A stretch of 62,144 nt of DNA from a phage: sequence record PX021331.1; one strand, 5' to 3'. Positions within the stretch are counted from its first letter, which is position 1, and every line of letters begins with the position of its first letter. Made by a program: the position numbers and the translations under genes. A model generated the notes under the pieces. It was given only the letters and a program-made list of their open reading frames with translations, was not told where the DNA came from and made no database searches. Positions 8,754-19,100 of this stretch are shown piece by piece.

Positions 8754-9638
8754 ATGCGTAAGAACTTAATTACAGTCGCACTGGCTCACTTCGGTGCTAT
8801 CGCCTTTGCTTTACCTCGTTTCGGCGGTATTGCATTGGAGTACAGCTCCGAGGACGATGTCCCGGAAGCCCACAAAGAACTGTATACCGAACGAGACGGT
8901 AAATGGGTCCTCACTGGTGTTGACGGTGGCGGCTATGATAACGTTCGCCGTTTGGAAGGCTCCCTGGAAAAGGAGCGCAAGGACCACAAGGACACGAAAG
9001 GTAAGTATTCCAAGTTGAGCGGCAAGAACATTGACGAGCTGCTGGAACGCGATTCCCAATTCGACGAACTGAAGATCCGCGCTGAAAGTAACAAGCTCGA
9101 CGACAGCAAGATCGAAGAGATGGTTTCGATCCGTCTGAAGCAGAAGCTGGCGCCGATTGAGCGTGAGCGTGATGAGTGGAAGGGTAAAGCTACTACCTTT
9201 GAAACTCAGGTGAGCGAGCTGACTGGCAAAGAGAAGTCCCGCGCTATCCGCGACAGCATCCGTAAGGCGGCAAGCACGCATAAAGCACTCGACACCGCAA
9301 TCGAAGATATCGAAGTGCTGGGTGAGCGCCTGTTTGAGATTGACGACTCCGGCCGCATCGTTGCGAAAGAGAACGTCGGTATCACTCCAGGGATCGACCC
9401 TGCAATGTGGTTAGGTGACCAGCGTGACAAGAAACCGCACTGGTTCCCGGGCAACGTCGGCGGTGGCTCCGGTGGCGGTAAAGGTAACGGCGGTGGCGGT
9501 GTCAACCCGTGGAGTCACGACGGTTGGAACCTGACCGAGCAGGGTAAAATCCTGCGTGAAAACAAAGAGAAAGCGACCCGCATGGCTTCCATGCACGGCG
9601 TGGATATTAACAACCCGAAACGTCCTGCTAAAAAATAA
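8754..9638 (+). CDS. scaffolding protein (positional)
   Basis: Internal ATG with GGAG 6 nt upstream; highly charged Lys/Glu/Asp-rich protein with Gly-rich C-terminus, between portal and major capsid. Confidence 0.55.
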   Translation: MRKNLITVALAHFGAIAFALPRFGGIALEYSSEDDVPEAHKELYTERDGKWVLTGVDGGGYDNVRRLEGSLEKERKDHKDTKGKYSKLSGKNIDELLERDSQFDELKIRAESNKLDDSKIEEMVSIRLKQKLAPIERERDEWKGKATTFETQVSELTGKEKSRAIRDSIRKAASTHKALDTAIEDIEVLGERLFEIDDSGRIVAKENVGITPGIDPAMWLGDQRDKKPHWFPGNVGGGSGGGKGNGGGGVNPWSHDGWNLTEQGKILRENKEKATRMASMHGVDINNPKRPAKK

Positions 9639-9657
9639 TTTGTAGATGTTGCAAGGC

Positions 9658-9692
9658 GCTCCTGTTGGTGTTACTTTTACATCAACAGGAGC
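9658..9692 (+). promoter_or_regulatory. RNA hairpin between scaffold and capsid genes (10-bp stem GCTCCTGTTG/CAACAGGAGC), no U-tract
   Basis: Perfect 10-bp inverted repeat with ~15-nt loop, not followed by a T-run; possible processing or attenuation element. Confidence 0.3.
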
Positions 9693-9774
9693 ACGGGCTC
9701 CAGTTCATATAGGAAATTTGGAGCCGTCCACGGGGATATGGCGCCATTAACTTAAATCGTTTGTGGAGACGACC

Positions 9775-10890
9775 ATGTCTAAAATCATCTTGGGAGCGCC
9801 GATGCTGAACCTTCGCGCAACCAATTCCGTTATCCGTGATGCCGTCCGTCGTGGTGCTATCGCGGAACTGTCAAGCATCATTGTTCCTGAGATCTTCGTG
9901 CCGTACGTGCAAAACCGTACCACTGAGAAATCCCGTCTGGTTCAGTCCGGCGCCTTACAGGTTTCCGAACGTCTGAACGCCGCGCTCCAGGGCGAAGGTA
10001 CTACCTTCAACCAGCGCTTCTTCCGTGATCTGGATCGCAGCGACGAAGAGAACGTATCCTCTGCGTCCAACCCTGCTGATTCTACTCCGGACGGTATCAG
10101 CTCTGGCAACGAAGTTCAGGTTCGCCTGTCTCGAAACAACTCTTGGGGCTCCGCTGACCTGCTGGACTCCCTGATCTCCGTCGACCCGATGGATGCTATT
10201 GCCAACCTCGTAGCTGGCTGGCGTGCCGGTCGTTTGCAGCGTGCATTCGTTGCAACCGTTAAGGGTGTATTCGCAATGAACGCCGCGGCGCCTGTTACCA
10301 CTGGTGACAAAGCGTCTACGCACACTCAGAACGATATGTCCCATAACATCTCCGGTGCTTCGTTCATCGACGGTACTACCAACTTCAACCCGGCCGCAGT
10401 AATTCTGGCGTCTGGTACGATGGGTGACTCCCTGAACGAGCTGACCATGATGATGGTCCACTCCGTAGTCTACCAGCGTATGCAGTTGCTGAACCTGATC
10501 GACTACATCCCGGATTCGCGCGGTGAGACAATGATCTCCACCTACATGGGCCGTGAAGTTATCGTTGATGACTCCATGCCTGCGTCGAACGGTGTGTTCG
10601 AAACCTGGCTGGTCGGTGCTGGTGCATTCCAGCTCGGTAGCGGTTCCCCGAAAGTTCCGCTGGAGATCGAGCGTAAGCCTGCCTCCTATAACGGTGGTGG
10701 TTCTGAAGTTATGTACCATCGCTGGGAAAACATCATTCACCCTGTTGGACATGCGTGGGTCGGTACTGCTGCTGAAGGCGGCCCGAACAACGCCGGTCTG
10801 GCAACTGGTGCGAACTGGGCGCGTAAGTTCCCTGAGCGCAAACAGATCAAAGTCGCGCGTCTGGTCACCCGCGAATTTGCAGGGTCTTAA
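9775..10890 (+). CDS. major capsid protein
   Basis: 371 aa from ATG with GGAG 6 nt upstream (track start 9763 is a GTG); biased highly-expressed-type codon use; after scaffold; followed by a strong terminator. Confidence 0.7.
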   Translation: MSKIILGAPMLNLRATNSVIRDAVRRGAIAELSSIIVPEIFVPYVQNRTTEKSRLVQSGALQVSERLNAALQGEGTTFNQRFFRDLDRSDEENVSSASNPADSTPDGISSGNEVQVRLSRNNSWGSADLLDSLISVDPMDAIANLVAGWRAGRLQRAFVATVKGVFAMNAAAPVTTGDKASTHTQNDMSHNISGASFIDGTTNFNPAAVILASGTMGDSLNELTMMMVHSVVYQRMQLLNLIDYIPDSRGETMISTYMGREVIVDDSMPASNGVFETWLVGAGAFQLGSGSPKVPLEIERKPASYNGGGSEVMYHRWENIIHPVGHAWVGTAAEGGPNNAGLATGANWARKFPERKQIKVARLVTREFAGS

Positions 10891-10910
10891 TATCCGGTGT
10901 CAGTGTAATC

Positions 10911-10932
10911 AAAGGGCCTTCGGGCCCTTTTT
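10911..10932 (+). terminator. rho-independent terminator (stem AAAGGGCC/GGCCCTTT, TTCG loop)
   Basis: GC stem with tetraloop and T-run directly after the capsid stop. Confidence 0.6.
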
Positions 10933-10958
10933 CGTAAGCAACTAAGAAGGGGATAAAA

Positions 10959-11300
10959 ATGCGATACGGCCGACATCTTCGTCACAGACGACATAGCAGA
11001 CATGAACGCTGGGGCTTTAAGCTCCGTGAGAATGCGGCTGGTCCGTTGACGGTGTCACTCCCTGCGACGTTATCCGTTGCCACTGGTGCGGCGATTAACA
11101 TTGCAGGGACTATCACGGGTGGCGTTGCACCTCTGAGCTACGCATGGAAGAAAGGGTCTACGGCTGTAGGTGGCAACACGCCGACTTATAACGTACCGAC
11201 CGCGGCAGCAGGTAACGCTGGCAGCTATACGTTGACAGTCACTGATGCTACAGGGAAGTCCGTGACTTCCAACGCCTGCGCTGTTACAGTAACCGCATGA
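10959..11300 (+). CDS. Ig-like domain protein (possible capsid decoration protein)
   Basis: 113 aa; strong SD AAGAAGGGGA; C-terminal PLSYAWKKGSTAVGGNTPTYNVPTAAAGNAGSYTLTVTDATGKSVTSNACAVTVTA is an Ig-like repeat also found at the C-terminus of the major tail protein; basic His/Arg-rich N-terminus. Confidence 0.55.
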   Translation: MRYGRHLRHRRHSRHERWGFKLRENAAGPLTVSLPATLSVATGAAINIAGTITGGVAPLSYAWKKGSTAVGGNTPTYNVPTAAAGNAGSYTLTVTDATGKSVTSNACAVTVTA

Positions 11301-11336
11301 TCACAGCCTTACGGTAAGGTTGTGACATTTGATAGA

Positions 11337-11374
11337 GGGGTGCTACACTTCAGACTGTAGTACCCCTTTTATTT
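11337..11374 (+). terminator. rho-independent terminator (stem GGGGTGCTAC/GTAGTACCCC, T-run)
   Basis: 10-bp stem with one G-U pair followed by TTTTATTT. Confidence 0.5.
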
Positions 11375-11387
11375 AGAGGATAGGACA

Positions 11388-12179
11388 ATGAAACAGAAGA
11401 TTGTAGAAGCGTTGCAGAAACTGGATCCGCAGAACGACAACCAGTGGACTCAGGATGGTCTTCCGAAGCTGGACGCACTGAAGTTCCTGGTTGGCGATAC
11501 CGTGACCCGTGAGCAGGTGCAAGAAGCCGCTCCGGACTTCACCCGTACCAACACGACTATCGGGGAGAAGGCTAACGATGGTTCTAATGACCGCGCAGTC
11601 GACAATGCTGCCGTCCAGGTCTCTACGGACGAGCAAAAGAACTCCATCTCTCCTGATGGCACCGTTGCTGGCGCTGCCGCAGAGCTGGGTAAAGAGACCC
11701 AATCGCACGAGATCCCTTACAATGAACCTGTATCGGATCCAGGAAAAGTGGGCCTCAACGCACCAGACCCGGCAACCGTGGAAGAAGTGAAAGCCAGCGG
11801 TAATGTGGTCACCATGTCTGTAGGCGTCAACGTTGAGCTGTCAGATGTGCTGAAGAACTTCATCGGTGACTTCCATGAGAAACCGATCTCTGAGCTGTCT
11901 GACGAAGAGCTGCTGAAACTGCATGAAGCTCACAATGACATCGTATCCGCTGACAACGAGTTCCAGTCCGCGGTGAACGAGTTCATTCGTAAGCGTGCGT
12001 TCTACCTGAACGACGTTGCAACTGCTGTTCACGATCGCGTTCTGCAGGAAACGACTATGGATCAGCTGGCAGCGTTCCGCGCTCAGGTTGGTTCTGGTAA
12101 AGACCTGCCGGTGAACCGTCCGCAGCAAGTTCAGCGCCGCGGACCTCAGTTCCTGGGCCACGGTAAGAAAGAGGATTAA
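11388..12179 (+). CDS. hypothetical structural protein
   Basis: 263-aa acidic ORF with SD GAGGA, in the head module. Confidence 0.6.
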   Translation: MKQKIVEALQKLDPQNDNQWTQDGLPKLDALKFLVGDTVTREQVQEAAPDFTRTNTTIGEKANDGSNDRAVDNAAVQVSTDEQKNSISPDGTVAGAAAELGKETQSHEIPYNEPVSDPGKVGLNAPDPATVEEVKASGNVVTMSVGVNVELSDVLKNFIGDFHEKPISELSDEELLKLHEAHNDIVSADNEFQSAVNEFIRKRAFYLNDVATAVHDRVLQETTMDQLAAFRAQVGSGKDLPVNRPQQVQRRGPQFLGHGKKED

Positions 12180-12182
12180 TCC

Positions 12183-12296
12183 ATGAAGGCGCCGCTTTCT
12201 AAAGCCCAAGTTTTATGGTTTCTGCGTCAGCAGAAGAAACGGCGCCAGGATCCTGTACCCCTGGCGCAGGGCGTAACTTTCGAACCAAAGCAATAG
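12183..12296 (+). CDS. very small basic ORF (37 aa), tentative
   Basis: ATG 3 nt after upstream stop with AGAGGA upstream; Lys/Arg-rich; below track length cut-off. Confidence 0.25.
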   Translation: MKAPLSKAQVLWFLRQQKKRRQDPVPLAQGVTFEPKQ

Positions 12297-12307
12297 GACG
12301 GTGACAA

Positions 12308-12817
12308 ATGGCTGCGACATTGATTGTGGAGACTGGTACGGGCAACCCTGATGCCAACTCTTACGTCACAGCTGATTTCGTCCGCAACTACCTCGAAGGA
12401 CGCGGGGTAGTTGCTCCGGCGGATGATAAGCTAATCCCCATGATCATTCAGGCAGCTGACTTCATGGAGTGTATCCCGCGCTATGCGGGCCGTAAGACCA
12501 ACTACGACCAGGCCTTGCAGTACCCGCGCACAGGCGTTCGTATTGATCGCCAACCCATACCCATTGACGGCGTGCCGGTAGCGCTACAGCGTGCCCAGGC
12601 GCAGCTTGTTATGGATCAGGTGCAGAGCGGTAAACCGCTTTTATCTAGCAAGACCGAATACGCGCTCAAGCGTCGTACGCTGGGCCCGTTGACCCAAGAG
12701 TGGGCAGTGGGTAGCAACCAGCAAGTCCAGGGCGCTACACCTCACCCGCGCTTCTGGTCATATATGAACCTGTTCTTGCTGGGTGGAGGTAACAGCAACG
12801 GTGGAGTGATACGATGA
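12308..12817 (+). CDS. head-tail connector/adaptor-like protein (positional)
   Basis: 169-aa ORF in head-completion block. Confidence 0.55.
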   Translation: MAATLIVETGTGNPDANSYVTADFVRNYLEGRGVVAPADDKLIPMIIQAADFMECIPRYAGRKTNYDQALQYPRTGVRIDRQPIPIDGVPVALQRAQAQLVMDQVQSGKPLLSSKTEYALKRRTLGPLTQEWAVGSNQQVQGATPHPRFWSYMNLFLLGGGNSNGGVIR

Positions 12818-13185
12818 CCATCGCTAGCGAATTTTATGACATGGCTGTAGAGATGTTGTCTGACCCTGAGATTGGGTTTGACGGCACTTTGCAACTGAAG
12901 GTAACAACGCCTAACCCTGCGAAGCCTTGGGATCCTACTGTAACGACCGAAAACGTTGCTATCCGTCTGTTCTACACAGACCAGAAAGCGGGGTTCGTTA
13001 ACGGTAGCCCAATCGCTAAAGGTGAAAAGGTGTTTCTTTGCTATGCACCGCAAGGCTACGACTTCGGTACTATCGAAGGTGCGAGCTTCACTGACCACAA
13101 GAACCGCAAATGGAAAGTGAACGCCGTAGAGGTAATCGGTGCGGGTAACGTCGACATCGTTTATTATCTGAAGATAGGTGTATAA
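12814..13185 (+). CDS. head-tail joining protein (positional)
   Basis: 123-aa ORF, ATGA-coupled to neighbours. Confidence 0.6.
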   Translation: MTIASEFYDMAVEMLSDPEIGFDGTLQLKVTTPNPAKPWDPTVTTENVAIRLFYTDQKAGFVNGSPIAKGEKVFLCYAPQGYDFGTIEGASFTDHKNRKWKVNAVEVIGAGNVDIVYYLKIGV

Positions 13186-13598
13186 TGGCTAGACCTCGTT
13201 TCCGTGACCAGTTCACTAAAGCGCAGTTGAACGCAATGCAGGCAGCGGCCAAGCAGGTCAAGCAGCGAGCCTATGGCTTCGTTGCTGCCGTAGTGGATGA
13301 CACACCTGTAGATACTGGCGCAGCTAAAGGCGGGTGGCAGATTGTTAAGTCACCAGACCAGATCACGGAGGATACTCCGCTTGATCCAACTGGCGCAGAA
13401 ACGAAGGCAATGCTGATTAAGAAGATCCGCTATCTCCCTATTCACATGGACTGGGATATCTACTTCGGTAACGGTAAACCGTATATCTCCCGCCTGGAGT
13501 ACGAAGGTTATTCCAAGCAGGCTCCGAATGGTATGCTTCGCAAGAACATTGCACGCGGCGGTGAAGCCTTCAACGGATTTAAATTGGGAGACTTCTAA
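13185..13598 (+). CDS. HK97 gp10-like neck/tail-completion protein
   Basis: 137 aa; DTPVDTGAAKGGW resembles the VDTG motif I recall for the HK97 gp10 family; coupled starts. Confidence 0.5.
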   Translation: MARPRFRDQFTKAQLNAMQAAAKQVKQRAYGFVAAVVDDTPVDTGAAKGGWQIVKSPDQITEDTPLDPTGAETKAMLIKKIRYLPIHMDWDIYFGNGKPYISRLEYEGYSKQAPNGMLRKNIARGGEAFNGFKLGDF

Positions 13599-14071
13599 TG
13601 AGCTATCCATTCGATTGGGTGGAAGATCTTGTCAAGTCACATCTGGCAGCAGCTATCCCTGACCTAATTGCGTCGAATAGCGTTGCCTGGAAGAACTGGA
13701 CATTTGACCCCGCTGGCCGTACAGTGTGGTTAAAAGTTATCAATACGCCCGTCACTGAAGAAGGTGTCACATTAGGTCCGACTGGCGATAACGAACTCCG
13801 CGGTTACTTGCAGGTTGGCGTCTACTCGGAGCTTAACACTGGTACAGCGGAAAGTAACGAAGTCTATGGGCGCGTCAGTAAGGCTTTTGACGTACCCTTT
13901 AGATTAGCAGGCCCTGCGACAGATAGCTTCTTAAGGTTTACCAGTAAGGGATATTCACAAGGTGGACAGACCTCAATTGGTGACTTTACACGGGGTGGCA
14001 CAGAAGGCGTCTGGGATGCGAATTACATTACGATATACTGGCTCGCACGTGAGCCTAAACAGAGGACATAA
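13598..14071 (+). CDS. tail terminator-like protein (positional)
   Basis: 157-aa ORF immediately before the major tail protein. Confidence 0.55.
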   Translation: MSYPFDWVEDLVKSHLAAAIPDLIASNSVAWKNWTFDPAGRTVWLKVINTPVTEEGVTLGPTGDNELRGYLQVGVYSELNTGTAESNEVYGRVSKAFDVPFRLAGPATDSFLRFTSKGYSQGGQTSIGDFTRGGTEGVWDANYITIYWLAREPKQRT

Positions 14072-14073
14072 AG

Positions 14074-15246
14074 ATGGCTGAAGGTTCACGCTACAGTAGC
14101 TATTTTATCAAGGAGGCGTCTTCCGGTGTCACCCCTGCAACGGGGCAACTGAAGATCTTCCGTGCTACCAAATCGGGGCTGGATATCAACATCGCAACTT
14201 TGCAGTCTGAAGAGATCCGCGACGATGCGGAAATCGCAGACTTCCGCCTGGGCACCCGCCACGTTGAAGGCACGGCGTCAGCTGAACTGTCCTACGAGAC
14301 GTTCGATGACCTGTTGGCCGCAGCGTTGCGCTCTACCTTTGTGGGTAACGTTGTGAAGGGTGGCATCCTGCGTCAATCCTTTACCTTTATCGACTACAAC
14401 GCCGACATCACTGACTTCCCGTATACCATCTACAAAGGTTGCGAGATTAACACTGTAGCGATTACCGTTGCAGCGTCTGCGATGGTTGGTATTGAGTTCG
14501 GTATCGTTGGTCGCTCCATGGAGCCGCTGGCAGCACTTCCGGCAGGTCTGACGGTGGGTTCCCGTACCACTACCAGCCCGATGGATGGCTTCTCCGGTGC
14601 GCTGAAGATGGGTTCTACGGTGGTGGATGTTATCACCGAGATGGCTATCAACCTCGAGAACGGCATTGAGCCGCGCTTCGTTGTTGGTTCCAAATACTCC
14701 ATCAAGCCTGGTGCGAAACGCCGTAACGTCAGCGGTACACTGACAGCATACTACGAAGACAACGCGCTCCGTAGCAAGTTCCTCAATGAGGAAGAAAGCA
14801 TTCTGTCAATTGACATCCTGGACGGTACTACTGGCGCGGGCTACCGCTTCGAACTTCCACGCATTAAGATCACTGAAGCACCTCGTCCGATTGATGGCGA
14901 AGGTGACATCATGCTCAACATGAGCTATCAGGGTCTGCTGGATCAGTCTAAAGGTTACAGCGTGCAGATCACGAAGCTGACTCCGATCACCTTCACTACC
15001 AACTTGACTCCAACTAAGTCGGTAGCAACGGGTGACGCGCTGACTATGACTGTTGCAGTTAGCGGCGGGACTACGCCTTACACCTACGTCTGGAAGAAAG
15101 GCGGCGTAGTTGTATCAGGCCAAACTACCGCCACCTTCAACAAGGCGAGCGCAGCGGCAGGAGATGCAGGGAGTTACGTCTGTGAAGTTACCGACGCAAC
15201 TGGTCGCACCGTGTCAAGTGTTGCATGTCTGGTGAACGTAACTTAA
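14074..15246 (+). CDS. major tail (tube) protein with C-terminal Ig-like domain
   Basis: 390 aa; before chaperone and tape measure; C-terminal ~70 aa is an Ig-like domain (PYTYVWKKGGVVVSGQ...AAAGDAGSYVCEVTDATGRTVSSVACLVNVT); strong terminator follows. Confidence 0.75.
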   Translation: MAEGSRYSSYFIKEASSGVTPATGQLKIFRATKSGLDINIATLQSEEIRDDAEIADFRLGTRHVEGTASAELSYETFDDLLAAALRSTFVGNVVKGGILRQSFTFIDYNADITDFPYTIYKGCEINTVAITVAASAMVGIEFGIVGRSMEPLAALPAGLTVGSRTTTSPMDGFSGALKMGSTVVDVITEMAINLENGIEPRFVVGSKYSIKPGAKRRNVSGTLTAYYEDNALRSKFLNEEESILSIDILDGTTGAGYRFELPRIKITEAPRPIDGEGDIMLNMSYQGLLDQSKGYSVQITKLTPITFTTNLTPTKSVATGDALTMTVAVSGGTTPYTYVWKKGGVVVSGQTTATFNKASAAAGDAGSYVCEVTDATGRTVSSVACLVNVT

Positions 15247-15269
15247 TATAGCGTTACCAGTTACCAAAA

Positions 15270-15291
15270 GGGGTCACTGGACCCCTTTTTT
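15270..15291 (+). terminator. rho-independent terminator (stem GGGGTC/GACCCC, T6)
   Basis: AAAAGGGGTCACTGGACCCCTTTTTT after the major tail stop; likely partial to allow read-through. Confidence 0.65.
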
Positions 15292-15305
15292 ATTGAGGAT
15301 TGTAC

Positions 15306-15797
15306 ATGGCCCGCGCACCAAAGAATAAACCTGCAACCGCACCACGCGAACCGGAGACCTCTAGTGTGGTCACTACCGAAGCCGGTAAAGAAGCAGTCGT
15401 TAAGTCGTTCCGCGACTTCAACATGAAGAAAGATCTGGAAAAGGATCCCACTGTCATTTATCCGTTTGTGTACCCTGGGCAGGGTGACACGGGTTACTGG
15501 CTTAAGATCCGTAGCCAGTACAGTAAGGCGTACCGCGATGCGGACCTGAAAGCACAGCGTCAGATCAGTGCAATGATTATCGCTGCTGGCGGTAAAGTGG
15601 AAGAGGTCGATCCGGAACTGATGGCTGACATCCGTCTGCGTGCTTTCACTAAGCTGATCGCAGAATGGAACTTCCCTGACGAGATGACTGAAGACAACCT
15701 CGTTGAGTTCCTGACTACTAACGAAATCGCATACGACGAGATCAATAACCTGGCAGCTCAGGATTCCCTTTTTTTCTCGAAGAGCGCGAACGCTTAA
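15306..15797 (+). CDS. tail assembly chaperone (gpG-like)
   Basis: 163 aa from ATG with GAGGA 7 nt upstream; acidic; directly upstream of tape measure; contains a slippery heptamer near its 3' end. Confidence 0.65.
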   Translation: MARAPKNKPATAPREPETSSVVTTEAGKEAVVKSFRDFNMKKDLEKDPTVIYPFVYPGQGDTGYWLKIRSQYSKAYRDADLKAQRQISAMIIAAGGKVEEVDPELMADIRLRAFTKLIAEWNFPDEMTEDNLVEFLTTNEIAYDEINNLAAQDSLFFSKSANA

Positions 15798-16159
15798 TTA
15801 AATTCCTGCTGCTCGAGTGGAAGCTGAAAAGCTGTCCGCTCGGCAGCACTACCCCCACACTGACGCACCTCAAACAAGTCCGCAAAGTTACTGGCAAGAC
15901 TCCATCACAGCTAGCGGAGTACGAAGCTAACTCCATACCACAGTCACTCAGATACATTTACAACTTCTTTCTTGACTTCTATAATGGTGATAAGTTCAGC
16001 TATACCGAGCTCCAGTCCTGGCAACAATACATGGGCGTGGAACTAGATTACAGGGAAGCGGAACTCATTCGCCAGATCTGTCTTGAACGTCAAGCGTTTG
16101 ATTACAAGCGCCAACAAGCAGAGCTAGAATACATGAAGTCCAAGAAGCCCAAGAGGTAG
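15306..16159 (+). CDS. tail assembly chaperone frameshift product (gpGT-like), via -1 frameshift at 15770-15776
   Basis: The -1 frame is open from the slippery site to a TAG at 16157-16159, 3 nt before the tape-measure ATG; no ATG-initiated ORF covers this 390-nt gap. Confidence 0.5.
15770..15776 (+). other. candidate -1 programmed ribosomal frameshift slippery heptamer T_TTT_TTC
   Basis: Codons CTT TTT TTC in the zero frame (X_XXY_YYZ with X=Y=T, Z=C) 7 codons before the G stop. Confidence 0.5.
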
Positions 16160-16162
16160 TCC

Positions 16163-19100
16163 ATGGCTGATGCAGCTGATATCGTCATCCGAGTTAGAAC
16201 AGACGGGGTCTCTGGTGCAGACGCTGCATTGCGCCGTCTTGAACAAACGGGTGTACGAGTTGAGACTGTTAGCTCTCGAGTAGAGAACGGCTTCCGTCGT
16301 ACCGCACAGAGCGCAGAATTCTTTCACCAATCCGTAGCCGCAGTCAACACCGTAATGACTGCGACTGCAATGCTTGCCTATGTGGGCGGGCTTGCTAAAC
16401 TGTCCGACGCATGGACAGACGTAACAAACAAACTTGCGAACGCCAACAGCGCACACGAAAGCATGGCGGTCATCCAGGAAAGGGTGTTCGGTATCGCACA
16501 GCGTACCCGTACCAGCCTGGAGGGAACCTCGACGTTGTATGCGCGTATGGAGCGTTCGCTTGCTCAGTATGGCGTGACTGGTAAGCAGGTCGCGCAGGTC
16601 ACTGAAACCATCAACAAATCCATGATCGTTTCCGGTGCTACAACTGCGGAAGCGACAGCGGCCATTATCCAGTTCTCACAGGGCTTGCAATCAGGTGTCC
16701 TGCGCGGTGATGAATTCCGTTCCGTTATGGAACAGGCTCCGCGTCTTGGTAAGATGATTGCAGACGGTCTTGGCGTTGGTACTGCTGGTCTGCGCGAGAT
16801 GGCGAACAACGGCAAGCTGACAGCTGATGTGGTCATCAACGCAATCTCCAAGGCAGCGTCTACTATCGATGAAGAGTTCGGTCGTACGATGCCAACCTTT
16901 GCGCAGCGCTGGGCAATGGCTACCAACAACGTCGAGCGCTTTGCTGGTACGTCTGTTCAGGTGCAAACGCTTGTTAAGGCAATGGGAGACGGTGTTGAGT
17001 TCCTGTCTAACAACCTTAACGGTCTGTCTACGATAATCACTGGTGTTGCTGCTGTTCTTGGCGGTCGAATGCTCACTGCATTGGCTGGTCAGGTTGCTGC
17101 AATGATCCAGTATAACGCAGTGCAGGCAAGTAGTTCAAGACTGAACATTGCCACAATTGACGCGCTGACCCGCTCCAGTGTTGCACGCTACAACGAAGCA
17201 CAGGCAACCTTACAGCAAGTCGCAGCAGAACGCACGCGGATCCAGGCTGCTTTAGCTGCCAACCAGCAATATTATAAAGGCATAGCGACAACGAACGCGC
17301 TTATGCAGAACACCCGCCAGGCTCGGGAGGCTACGGTCGCAGCAACGGCGGCGCAGGCCGCGATGTCTACCGCGATGGGTACTGCTGCCACTGCTAGCCG
17401 CGTGCTTACCATAGGCCTTACAGGCCTGCGTACAGTGATCGGTGTAATGGGTGGCCCGCTGGGCTTAGTGTTGCTCGCTGCGACTGCATGGTACACCTAC
17501 AGCCAGAACGCGAAGCAAGCGGTACAGGATTCCAAAGAACTTGCATCCTCGCAGGAAGATCTTAAGACTAAGCTGGAAGGATTGAACCTTGTACAGCAGA
17601 GAGCGCTTGAGGTCCAGCTCCAACGTGCGCAGGTAACGTTGGCAGACCAGATCAAGGAAGAACAGAACGCCCTGGCAGAGCTTAATAACCGTCTTAGCAC
17701 GACTAACACGGTTATGGAGAATAACAAAGAGGGCACTGACGCCTGGAACAGTGCATACGAAGCTCACAAACAGCTTGCGGGTGACGTTGCAATTAAACAG
17801 GCGGAATTGTCAGGTCTCCAGGAGAAAGCTGCTCAGGTACAAAGTAACCTCACGACCGTTCAGGATAACCTCCGCGCGGCGGTGATGGGTCTTACTGGTG
17901 CTATCGTTGCACAGAACCAGGCAATGAACATTAACATCAGCGCAGCGGCGGGACGTTCTAAAGAACTCCAGTCTGCTCTGCAAGCGCAGAACGCTGAGAT
18001 GGACATTGCTAACCTACGCCTGTCAGGTAACGCGCGAGGTGCGTCAATCCTCCAGGATGCACAGAACCGCCTTGGCAAGCAGTACGGGGTGAACGAGAAG
18101 TTCATTAAGAACTATATTAGCGGCCACCGTGACGCGACTGCTGTACTTAGTGATGAGCAGCAAGGCCTTGTTGACTTCTTAGACGCAGCGGGTAAAGCGT
18201 ATGACGCTCAGGAGCAACTGCGTCAGAATAAGAAAGACGATGCACAAGCTAAACGCGACGCTAAGGCTGCCGCTAGTTATGCGGAGCAGTGGGACAAGGC
18301 TTATGAGCGCGTAGAAGCGCGGGGCGCTACTGGTATTCAGCGTCTTAAGATCCAGCAGGATGCTGAAATCCGTATCATTAAGGACAAGGCAGCTAAGGCC
18401 AATGCAACCGAAGAAGAGTTGCAGAACGCCCTCAATGCTATTGATCAGAAGTACGCGCGTCAGCGTGCAGACCTTGCGGGGCAGTACAAGCCTGGCGCCC
18501 AGATGGTGCGTGAATGGCAGATCGCACAGCAGGAACTGAAAGAACTGCGTGAAGGTGGCTTGCTTGACGAAGAGCAGTATAACACCGCGCGGTTGAATCT
18601 TGCGTCCGAGTATTACCAGAAGCGTGCAGAGATGCAAACGCTTAACCCTGAAGGTCGTGCAGAGGACATGAAACGGTCCGAGCTTGACGCATTGCAAGCG
18701 CAGTATGACACGCAGATGGTTATGGCTGAGGGTAACGAACAGCAACTGACAGCCATCAAAGAGAACTACGAGCGGCAGCGCTACGAGATTCAACTCAAGT
18801 ACGCGCAGCAGCAAGCAGTCGCACAGAACCAGACGACCATGTCTTACATCAACAGCGTAAGCACCATGGCGGACTCTATGGCGACCATACTTGCAGCGGC
18901 AGGTGACAAATCTTCCGCAGCGTACAAGACCATGTTTGCGCTGTCTAAAGCCTTTGCGATTGCGAACGCCACGCTCAACTTGACCACAGCTATCAGCCAG
19001 GCAATGGCAGCTCCGGACGCGCTGTCTCCGGTGCAGAAGTTCGCTAACATGGCTGCAATTGCTGCCGCAGGTGGTGCGCTCGTTAGTCAGATTGCAGGTG

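Noticed and set aside
10890-10959. Ig-like ORF as a frameshift extension of the major capsid protein
   Set aside because: A terminator hairpin and an in-frame stop (about 10935) separate the two; the Ig-like ORF has its own strong SD.
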